Shown piece by piece: positions 9,801-19,800 of a stretch of 64,000 nt of DNA. A program made the translations under genes and the position numbers. The first letter of the stretch is position 1, and every line of letters begins with the position of its first letter. Origin of the DNA: Callorhinchus milii (Eukaryota); the NCBI RefSeq assembly GCF_018977255.1, contig NW_024704743.1, forward strand, positions 68,884,001-68,948,000, in the 5' to 3' direction. The notes beneath the pieces were generated by a model that did no database searches, was not told the DNA's origin, and was given only the letters and a program-made list of their open reading frames with translations.

Positions 9801-12788
9801 GTTCACACTCCTGACTACCCATCATTCTGCATTACTCCACTGTGTTGTCATATTGAGGTCAGGCAATGTACTACATGAGTCACGATAAGTAAAATCCATT
9901 GTGACTGCTACCTTTCCCTACCTTCAAATCCTCTTAAAAATGTATCTGTTAGATCTTGCCTTTGGTCTCTGGCTGCACCTTTGGTCAACATCCTCAGATT
10001 TCTCCTCCTTTCCTCCCTGCTCAGTGACTCTCATCAGTGTTGTGAGGTGCTTTGAGACTGCATCCTACATGAAAAGCACTATAAAAGTGTACCTTGTTTT
10101 CTGACTGCCAATAACTGTCTTGTACAGTGACTAAAAATGGGACATTTCTGAACCAGTTGGGTATACTTCGGTTATTTTGATGCTAAATTTTCACCCACAA
10201 ATATACAGTCAATTCACTTTACAGTATATTCTGTGAAGCGCTTTGAGACGTCTAGAAAACGTGGAAACCGCTATATCAAATGCAAGTATTATTATTATTA
10301 TAAATTAAACTATGCATTTAGTGAAAATTCTCTTACGAATACATTTTTGATTCCACAGAAGGCTTTTCAAAATCAGAATACTACAAGTTGGGACTCGAAC
10401 AACTTAACAAACATAACAAAGCGTTAGAGATTCTGGGAGCTCCACCGCTGCAGGTCCGAAATATCAGACTCTTTGACAAGAGTAATTGTGTGGATGGAAA
10501 CAGTGCAAAGGTAAAGTGCACTAGATAGAAGCTTACTTTTTTTGCAAATGTTTCCCCTTCCTCACCTGGGTTGCTGGATATTACTGTCCTAACTGAGATC
10601 AGCTAACTCACAGCACACACCAAGGGTTGACCTGGGATTTTCTCAACAACAAATTACATTTTTATATCACCTTTCATGTCGGGAGGAAGTCCCAAGGCAT
10701 CATATTGGTTCAGCAACTCACAAAGCATCAATAAGCAACTGGTTACTTAATTCTGGATTAAAGATGACTTGTAGGTTATTTATGTGCATATTAGAAATCT
10801 CATGAAAGATCCCTTACAAGTGAATATTTCATACAAGCTTTTCTTTGCTGCACGCATTAATATAACATTACATTTGATATAGGGTATAATATGATTGCTC
10901 AGTACATAAATGTAAGAATGTGCTGTAAGAAGGTTGATGTTACAGATCTCATGGTACCATTTAAAACATGAGGGGAGTTTCTCCTGGTGTCCTGGCCAGA
11001 AATCCTCCAGATGAAAAATTGGTCACTCACTTCGTGGCTGTTTGTGGGACATTGCAAATTGACTGGCATGTTCACCTACAAAATACAATCACTACAACTT
11101 TGAGATGTTTCATTGTGAGAAGGTGTTATTATCAATGTAAAGATTATTATTATAGTTTGCTTTGTTTTGCAGATTAAAATCCCAGTAGGTGGAACAAAAT
11201 CGGCTGGATATCTCCACACTTTTTCTGTCAGAGACACAGCACAGAAAAGGTAATTGTATGAATATAATTAAGTTCATTGGAATTTTAAGATTTTCGTTGG
11301 AGGGCGGGTGAGGAGAAACCTGGAAAAGTACAAAATGAATTTAACAAAAATCTTAGACCTAAATTTTCACCCTTGAATACACAAACACAATGAAGATGAT
11401 TTGTCCTAATGGTAATGAAATATTTAAATAACTGGCTTGAATAAGCACAGATCAGGATTAAGGTACTGATTTATATGAAACAGGTTTTGCAGTTTCCAGA
11501 ACTGTAGGCATCTCACTAATTCATGATTTGTATTATTCTAGTTTTAATAATAATAATCCTTGCATTTGATATAGTGCTTTTCACTTCTTCTCGACGTCTC
11601 AAAGCGCTTCACAGACTGTAAAGTGAATTGACTGTATATTTGTGAGCGAAACGCGGCAGCCAATTGCGCACAGCAGTGTCCCACAAACAGTCGTGGATTG
11701 AAAATGACTAATTTATTATTGTTTTGTTTTTTTGGAGAGATTATTATTAGGTGTGTGGAGTAAGGAAACTTGCCCAAGGTTTTGCCCTGCCTGGAATTGA
11801 ACTCAGGTCTCTCGCTTGCAAGGCGAGTGCTCTAACCACTGAGCTACAAGACTAGTTTTGACCACTGCTGACCAGCACTCAATATAACTAGAGGAGCACC
11901 TCCTTACTTTTATATTCCAATTCCATTTGCCTTATTGACCACTTTCCATTCCTGCACACTCAGTTTGGCTGATCTATGGACTTGATTCCTGGACCTCTCT
12001 GCTCAACCAACCCTCGAGTACTACTTCATTCAGAACACACTCCCAAATGCTATTCTTCCATCCAATGTGTACTATCTCAGATCTGCAATGTTAAACTCTG
12101 ACTGATCTACTTCTACTCGCTCACTTAATCTGTCTGTCTCTTTTCATTTTCACCTGTCCTCACAATTTACAACACCTCATAGTTTAGTGTCATTTGCAAA
12201 TTTAGAAATAGTCTCCTCTATCCAAATCATTGCTATATAGAGTGACAAGCCAGGACTGCAGCACCAATCCCTGGGGGACACCATTTGTCAAAGCCTGTCA
12301 ATCAGAAGGTCATTTTTATACCAACGCAGCCTTCTGCTTCCCAACCAATTTGATACAATACTCCACTTCAGCTCCATGTGTCAGGAACTGACTGGGAAGT
12401 GGTGCAAATTTGCTTTGACTAAGGTAAAATCACATTTGTAAACAAAAGTGACAATAATGGCAGAGAAAACAGCAATGTGCTTATACAAACTCTGAAATTC
12501 TTGAATTCCCACAAGCTGTATTTTGTAAAAATCAAAGATCTTAACTGTAGATTAAAATGGGAACAACTTTCAATATTAGCTCTTCTCTTACCAATGTTAA
12601 AGTAACTGATCAGAACAAATTCCGAGAAAGGAGAAAATATGTTTTGGTGATGAATTGGCTATTCAAAATTTATCTGTTATTCTTTCATTTTATTCACTAG
12701 GTGGTCGTTACAAGAAGCTGTACTGCAACTGAACAGTGGGCAGCATGTTTTGATTTACCCGTCAACCAAAGATGATGATCACCAATGA
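6757..12788 (+). CDS. COA1: Cytochrome c oxidase assembly factor 1, complete spliced CDS join(6757-6850,10359-10510,11173-11249,12701-12788), 136 aa
   Basis: Manual splice gives [136 protein letters not shown]. It matches recalled vertebrate COA1 motifs (YYLIQK, YYKL..EQL, LG.PPL, KIPV.G.KS.G.L, RW.L.E..L.L..GQ). Introns are GT-AG and phases are consistent (94+152+77+88=411 nt). Tail-to-tail with STK17A as in human. Confidence 0.93.
7016..8520 (-). mobile_element. L2 LINE, 5'-truncated, interrupted by a SINE at 7920-8242
   Basis: [24 protein letters not shown]...IYTDDTQLY (ORF 8210-8572), [11 protein letters not shown]...[15 protein letters not shown] (ORF 7088-7747), (TTG)n tail at 7017-7031. 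Confidence 0.92.
7920..8242 (+). mobile_element. Young tRNA(Ala)-derived SINE, full length (short subfamily)
   Basis: tRNA-like head with A box, anticodon loop CTTGCAA and B box GTTCAATTCC; Deu-type body TGTTTGTGGGACATTGCTGTGCGCAATTGGCTGCC; L2-like tail and (ATT)n; near-identical copies elsewhere in the window. Confidence 0.9.
8705..9043 (-). mobile_element. tRNA-derived SINE, long subfamily with an extra CORE-like segment
   Basis: Same head and tail as the 7920 family plus an extra block CCTCTGTTTACCTAGCAGTAAATAG. Confidence 0.8.
10359..10510 (+). CDS. COA1: COA1 second coding exon
   Basis: Acceptor ttccacag|AA, donor AAG|gtaaag; encodes (K)[15 protein letters not shown]...VDGNSAK. Confidence 0.93.
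10945..11153 (+). mobile_element. Deu-domain SINE 3' half (SacSINE1-like)
   Basis: GGGGAGTTTCTCCTGGTGTCCTGGCCA...GCTGTTTGTGGGACATTGC...(ATT)n tail. Confidence 0.7.
11173..11249 (+). CDS. COA1: COA1 third coding exon (77 nt)
   Basis: Acceptor ttttgcag|ATT, donor AG|gtaatt; encodes [25 protein letters not shown](R). Confidence 0.93.
11546..11851 (-). mobile_element. Young tRNA(Ala)-derived SINE, full length
   Basis: Reverse complement of the 7920 copy; flanked by CTAGTTTT on both sides (candidate TSD). Confidence 0.9.
11870..12390 (-). mobile_element. Degraded CR1-type LINE fragment
   Basis: Contains tttagtgtcatttgcaaa (FA[D/N]DTK motif on minus) and gcaccaatccctgggggacacc (GVPQGLVL). Confidence 0.65.
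12701..12788 (+). CDS. COA1: COA1 last coding exon
   Basis: Acceptor ttttattcactag|G; encodes (R)[28 protein letters not shown], stop TGA 12786-12788. Confidence 0.92.
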
Positions 12789-13053
12789 AGCAGGTGTGTG
12801 CCGACCCTTTGAGAATACCAGAGACAATATCAGAATTAAACCCAATGGGCCTGAGATCAAAAGCAGTATTCCTCCCATGCAACTAAAACACCAATGTGCT
12901 TTGAAAATGCCTGAACGAGCCTGTAATTGTTCAGCAATACAAGGCTGAATTATGACAATAATGAAATGAGAAGAAATGTTTTGAAAGACCATGAGAATGT
13001 TGATAATGTGTAAATGAAGAAAGTACACAGCTTTGGAATATTTGCCTATAGTG

Positions 13054-13059
13054 AATAAA
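13054..13059 (+). terminator. Candidate COA1 polyadenylation signal AATAAA
   Basis: AATAAA about 265 nt after the stop, followed by T/GT-rich sequence. Confidence 0.5.
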
Positions 13060-13139
13060 CTGCCTTTAGATATGACCCAACAACTTTCTGTGATTGTAGT
13101 TATCCCTACAAGCATCAGTCCCTTAAAAGCTTTCCCTTC

Positions 13140-14100
13140 ACAGGTAGATAAGGCTATAAAAAGGCTGAAGGGGTCTTGGGCTTTATATCCAGAATGATAG
13201 AATATAAAAGTGAGGAGATGATGCTATCTATATAAAACCTTGGTAAGACCACATAGTAGTTTACCTGACAGACTCTGGAATTTGAACCTAGCAGATCGGG
13301 CCTAACATCAAAAATGTTTTTAAACAATTCCACACTGGAAACCTCCCACCGGACCAACTCTCCCAAGCGTGTGCCAATGCCACCGTCCTCGCTGGCCTTC
13401 CCAGTTGCCAGGGATATCTACTTTGACTCAAATTGTTTTGAGCAGAAAGTAGCTTATTCACTTAAATAACTATTTTTGAAAAATGGCAGTACTGCATTAT
13501 AATTACACTTCACCAGAAATTCTGTCTCCCCGGACCAGATCTCCCGGCATTAGTCCGACAAGCTGGGGTTTGGAAATACAGTGTCTCCAATTCTGGTCTC
13601 CATACAATCAAAGGGATATAGCAATGATGGAAAGAGTACAACATAGGTTTACTTAGATGATACCAGGGCTGGCAGGTTACTGCTATCAGGATAGACTGAA
13701 TAGGTTAGGCTTTTTTTTGCTAGAGAAGAGACCTTTAAGGAAAGAACGTAATAGAAGCATTTAAATTATAAAAGAGGTTGATAAGATTAATAGAAATAGG
13801 CTGTTTCCATTGGTTGGGGAGTCTGTAACTGGGGGTCCAAGTATAAGATAGTGACCAGGGGATCTAAAATTTAGGAGGAACTACTTGAAGCAGAGGGTAG
13901 TAAGATTATGGAACATGCTGCCTGAAGTGATGGTTGAATCAGATAACGTAGATACATTCAAGAGGAAGCTGGACCACCTGAGAGAAAGGACAATACAAGG
14001 ATATGGGAAGGAGTAAAGGAAAGGTTGGAGACCCATATGGTGATAAATACTGGCACCAGATGATTTGGCTGAGTGGCCTGTTTCTGTATTGTACATTCTT
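13140..14100 (+). mobile_element. CR1-type LINE 3' fragment with an internal insertion (~13270-13581)
   Basis: CR1 ORF2 3' motifs (ttctggtctcca, gaaagagtacaa..aggtttac, ttcaagaggaagctgga) and tail ggctgagtggcctgtttctgt. Confidence 0.75.
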
Positions 14101-14629
14101 TGCAAATCTTCTCTTAGTAAACATGCATTTTTCCAACAGCCTACATTCATCTGTATGACATTTCCCATTCCAAAGACTGAAAAAATGCTATTTTAGCAGT
14201 GTAAAACTGTGTAAAACTGAATGTGTATTTTGTTTTCCTTTTGTAGGTGGAACCGAAAATACTTGAATAAATTAGTATAATGTAAAGCGAGACTAGCATT
14301 TATTTTACACTGCTACACATTACAGGGCTTCTTCAATGCCTTGTCAGGAACAGCACTTCCCAATGTATAATATAGATTGTGTCAACTCTTCAGGAGAAGG
14401 GAGAAACCTAGAAGAAATGGTGACATTTCATAAGCAGGTCACTGAAGGTAAAATCTAGAACGCAATTACACCCGTTTACTAAAACTTTGGTAAATAAGCC
14501 ACACACGCAAGTTTGAAGATAGATAAAAAAATGTGTAACGTACATCTGATTTCACATGACAAACCTTCATTTTTAATTGCTTAGTAAATTACCAAACCAT
14601 GTATAGAAACAAGCAAGTATCCAGATATG

Positions 14630-14635
14630 TTTATT
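14630..14635 (-). terminator. Candidate STK17A polyadenylation signal (AATAAA on minus strand), implying a ~1.9 kb 3'UTR
   Basis: TTTATT on +, with GT/T-rich sequence downstream on the minus strand; the 14.6-16.5 kb interval is AT-rich and shows no recognisable TE, typical of a 3'UTR. Confidence 0.5.
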
Positions 14636-16518
14636 AAAAGAAATTTACATCTTCATAATAGATATTTAAAAGGATACAAAAACATAGATGTGCAATTTTT
14701 CCCTAGTGAAATGAGGTGTGCAGTGCTGTAGATAAAAGATACTGACTAGTAGTTAGTTTTACAGCATAGTCCCCAAAACAATGGCAATACTGTACTGCCA
14801 AAATTCAGTTTACTAAAAGGAGATTTAAACAGATTGATTTCTAAGAGATTTAGGGAAACATGGCCACCACAAACCTCGCAAATGGTGATTTACACCAAGA
14901 ATACAATACTGTCTACATTTTTTCATGCAGAAACAGTCTTCAGCAGCTTCAGGAAATGGGATGGTTTTATAACTGAGGCTTTATTCCATTTAGCACCATT
15001 GCTTTAGAGGTGAACGCTACAGGCTTTTCATTTGAAAACCATCAGATACTGCTTCGAGGTCTATTAAACATTTAGGCATCATTGCAGTCAAACCCTCCCT
15101 TTTTATCTCTTAAAAGTCTGGAACTTTCTTGTGCCTACCCCATGAAATTGCTCATTTCAAATAAAGTTAAGGCTTGATACTTTAATTAACTTTTACAGTA
15201 ATGGGGAGAAAGATTAAAAAAACTGTTTGCAGGACAAACTCAATACTTTTTTTAAAAAAACTAAGAAAATCTCTGGAAACATTGTATCTAACCTATTGGA
15301 GGCAATATTCCCTGAGCTCATTAAAGGAAAAGCACATTTGTCCTACAAAAATGATGCTTTTATTCTGTAGATTTTACAAACTGGTATTAAACTGAAAGCA
15401 TCACTTGGCGTGAGCACCAGTTACTGTCTGGCTCCAAGCATTTTGAATAAGTTGTCATTTAGTGACTCAGTAAAACAAAATTGCTCATTCATTCTGGGGC
15501 CTGTAGACTGCGGTATAGAAAGCAGTATACCAGCATTCTCTCTTTTGCAAACTCCTACCCGGAGAATTTACAAACATTTCACACCAAAGTGGCTTAAAAT
15601 GAGTTGGAAAGCTAACAGAATCTACTTACCCCAAGAAAACATTAATCAGCATTTAGCGCTTTGTTCTGTCAAAAAAAAACAATTCCTATACACTCAACTA
15701 AATTAATTCTGCAGTCCTTTGCATATCTACTATTATATACATGTCTAGTCTGTAAGGCACAAAAGGAATAACAGAACCCTTGCTGTCTGTGCAGCAAATG
15801 GACATTGAAATGGGACCACCCCCATTCTGGGCTTGGTAAGCAGTCATGTCCAGTCACAGAAATTTTAATTATGCATCATACAAATACAATAATTATTTCA
15901 ACATGTCAAAATAAATCAAGATGCTTTCATAAACAATTTAACATAAGCTATCTAAAATAAAACTTGTGCCTTCATATTTCAAACATGCATATAAAGGAGG
16001 AATGTTATAATACCAGAGATAATAAACTCAAATGAGTGTATTATTTGTGAGTAACAAGTGTTGTCATTAGTTTGGGAACAGATACATCAAGTCTAAACTA
16101 AATGCCAAAGTGCATTGTTCACTGGTGTTGCATATCTGAAGTTTATTGCCTACAGATCACTGACATTAAAGAATTAGTGCACTTCTGTTCCACCCATTGT
16201 GCAAAAGCTAAGATATTGCCCAATAATACACAGCCCCTCACATTTTGTGAAACTGCTGCTGAACTGTACAATGAAGAAACATCCTTAGAACAGTGACTAT
16301 TACTGCTCTACATGGCTAGGTTTGATGCATTAAATCCAGGAGACATGGCAAAACAGTTCTTGGCATTCAGACATTATGCTCCTACTTGGAGAATAACTGC
16401 AGCGGAAACAGGCTCACAGAACAAATGTTTTCATGTCCAGTCAATTACTCAACAAAAGCTACCAATCAGAGCCACCTTGTTAGCAGATGTAAAGTCTAGA
16501 ATAGTATCAGTCATTTGC

Positions 16519-16816
16519 TTAGTAGATAAATTCTCCAGAAATCTCTTGGAGTGTGCTGAAGGGCTCTTCAAATTTGAAGCGTTTGGAGATGGCCTTTTGA
16601 TCAGTTTTTAGGGTTTCTTTCTCTGACTGCCTGCACTGTGCCACTGTGTATGAAGCCATGACGATTAGCTCCTCCGTCTCTTGGCTCTGCTTCTCAGAGT
16701 CTTCTGGCGCTGCACTTTCAAGTTTTCCGCACGAGGCTTCAGGAACGAGTGCAGTTTCATCACTTTCGTGTGCCAACCACGGGTGCATGAGACACTCGTC
16801 GGCCACAGCTCGATCC
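16519..16816 (-). CDS. STK17A: STK17A exon 7 (coding part)
   Basis: Acceptor ttctttggcag|[15 protein letters not shown]...[25 protein letters not shown], stop TAA 16521-16519. Confidence 0.96.
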
Positions 16817-19800
16817 CTGCCAAAGAAAATAGGCAAACACTGGTTGACAAGAGTGTGTCTAAAACATTTCAAAATAGATTTAATCGTCCAAAAAAAAACG
16901 TAAAATTCCTACAAACACAGGATACATAAATGAACTTCAATTGCACAACTAGGCATTCAAACATTCTTGTAGGAATTAAAACCTTAAGATACAACATACC
17001 AATGGCCCAGGTCGAATTTCCTGGTCTGCTGTTATGCTGGGATATTAAAGCACATAGTCTAACAAAGGGAAAATCTTTTATTTTCGTTCAGCCGGGTATC
17101 GTGTCTGACATGTGCAGAAACCTTTCACTTTGCTTAAGAGCATCCAAACCAGAGTGCTACATATGTAAATTTAGAATCATTAGAATGGAATGTCTCCCCC
17201 TGGAGGGATGCACCCGCTCGGCTAATGCGGAGCATATTAGACTTAGGTTCATGAGAGCCAAGGCTTGGGGGCCTCAAGAGTGTGGAGTTCAACCAGCTAA
17301 AATTGTATAGCTTGTCATTGAGAGCACTGTCTGTTAGGACCAGCCTACCCGTTAGGGCTCTGACTTGCTGGGTTAACAGTAGCTGAGTGGGAGTAATCCG
17401 TGCACACAGTCTCTCCTCCAATTCTTGCTGAAGAGCTAGGCTGGCTGGTCTGTCACTAGCAATGCCTTTAAGTACTGCAGATCCACCTGGCTCAGGAATT
17501 AGATGACCAAGACTCCTAGAGAGCTGACTCAATTCCCACACTCCATTGCCAAGCTCCAAGGAGACCCTGCTTACCTCCCCTCCCTCCCGGATAGTGGAAA
17601 ATCATTCAGGGTTTCTTTTATTTAACACTAATCTCTGGAGCGATAGTCACTGTATACAGTGAGCAGGACTCACATGAATAACATCAAGGTCACTTGGGGC
17701 AAGATATAAAAGACAGCACAGTGCCTGTGAAACTGTACCCCAGAAGGAAAGTAAAAAGGAGTTAAACATCTTTAGCAGAAGAAGTGTGAGAAAATTGGTG
17801 AGAAAAAAGATATTACTATATCTTTCCTGACATTCAAAGGTTTACCTCCATGTTGATTTGTATTCTCATCCCAGGTTTGTATTCATGCTATTTGAACCAC
17901 CCATAATTAATGTACAATTTTTTATAGCCAGGTTTAGCGGACAGGTTGATAAGGGATTAGCAGGTCAGAGAGGTAGAAGGAGGCAAGGCCATGAAGGGCC
18001 TTGCAGATGAGGGCAAGAATTTTGAACTTGATCCTCTGAGGGATGGGGAGCCAGTGGAGCTGGACGATGGTGAGTGCGATAGGGTCATGGAGTCTGGTGC
18101 GGGAGAGGACACGAGCTGCAGAGTTCTGGATGATCTGCAGCTTTTGGAGGGAAGAGTTAGGAAGGCCGACAAGCAACAACAACAGTGGCCTGAGGGATTA
18201 GTCGGGCAATGTTGTGGAAATGGGGGAAGGCAGAGCAGGTCATAGCACGGATGTGGGCGGGAGAAGGACAGTTGAGGGTCAAACAAGACGCCCAGGCTCA
18301 ATGAGGTGGAATGTGCATCTTTGGATGTTGATGATGCCAGTGCCTGAGGTGCAGAGGCACTGGCGCGAGCCAATCAGGAGGGCCTCGGTCTTCCTGTCAT
18401 TCAACTGTAAAAAGTTAGCTCTCATCCAGGACTTGATGTCTGACAAGCAGTCTATCAGGACATCAGTGATCCTGGAGTTCAAGGGTGGAGGCAGAGAGAT
18501 AGAGTTGGGTGTCATCCACGTACATGTGGAAGTTTGCCCCATATCTGCGGATGATGTCACCAAAAGGGAGCATGTACAGGTTGAAGAGGAGAGGACCAAG
18601 GACAGAGCCCTGAGGAACACCGCATGAGACAGTGCGGGGGCTGGAGGAGAAGCCGTTTGTGGAGACACAGTGGAGCCGGCATAGGTAATGATTTACTTAC
18701 ACAGGCCAAAGAAGTTAATTTAACATGAGCCCTCCCCATTGATGTATGTTTGTACAAGATCCATAGAAGTTGAAAATGTTTGGTGCATTTTGAACTTGTC
18801 TCAAAGCAACAGACATATAGATAATCTATGGTTTTATTATTTAAAGTATAATTTCTTATTGACTGAGATCAGGTTTTTCAATAAGCATCAGAGAGTTGCT
18901 AACGTTCAGGACATGGCACAGCTTTGTAACATAAGCAGATGAATAAGAAATAGCTCGTCAGCAACTTACTCAGGTTCCTTAACAAGAAGGCCATTAATAA
19001 AATCTATGGCTAAGTTGGAGATGCTTTCAAAGTCTTCCTTTGCAAAGCTGACGTTCAGTTGAGAAATATTGAGAAATGTTTCTTGTTTGTCGTCTCCCAG
19101 GAAAGGAGATATCCCTGTCAGCATGACGTAGGTAAGAACGCCTATACTCCTAACGAGAAAAGAAAGTGGAATAAGTAGCTACTCAAACTAATTTCATTTA
19201 AATACTGATTTTGAAAGATTCCCGTTTACTTACCACATGTCTGTTGCTGTGCTGATTGGTTCATAATTGAGAATTTCAGGAGCTAAAAGAGAAAATAATT
19301 ATTTAGCCAACATTAGATTTTATTGACCTATCAGACTGTTCCACGTTAGTGACTGTCAGAGAATGTTCGATAGAGACCAACAGCAGGTTTGGAAGATAAT
19401 TGATCAACATTTGAAAGTGACGAGTCTAATCCTTCATCAGGATTGGAATGGTTTAGCTGCAGATGTCCCTTTATAAAGGCAGAGAAAATGGGAAATTAAA
19501 TATTCAAATCTATCACTACATTCCCATTGCATATTCAAGAAGGGAGTTTCTCCCAGTATCCTGGCCAACAATCACACAAATAAAATTAGTCACTAACTTC
19601 ATTGTTATTTGTGGGACATTCATCATTGTTTGTGGCAGCTGTGAATGCCTATAAATACAGTCACTACACTTCACAGTAAAATCCTGTGAATGTCTTTGAG
19701 ATGTCTTGACAACATAAGGCTCTATACCAGTGGTGACCAACCTTTTGGCCATCAAGGTCAGCCACCAAAATACATTTTCTTGATTGAATATTTCTTGTGA

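Noticed and set aside
16817..16872. ORF-track N-terminal extension of the last STK17A exon (likewise 28820-28864 and 29010-29059)
   Set aside because: Intronic read-through beyond the splice sites
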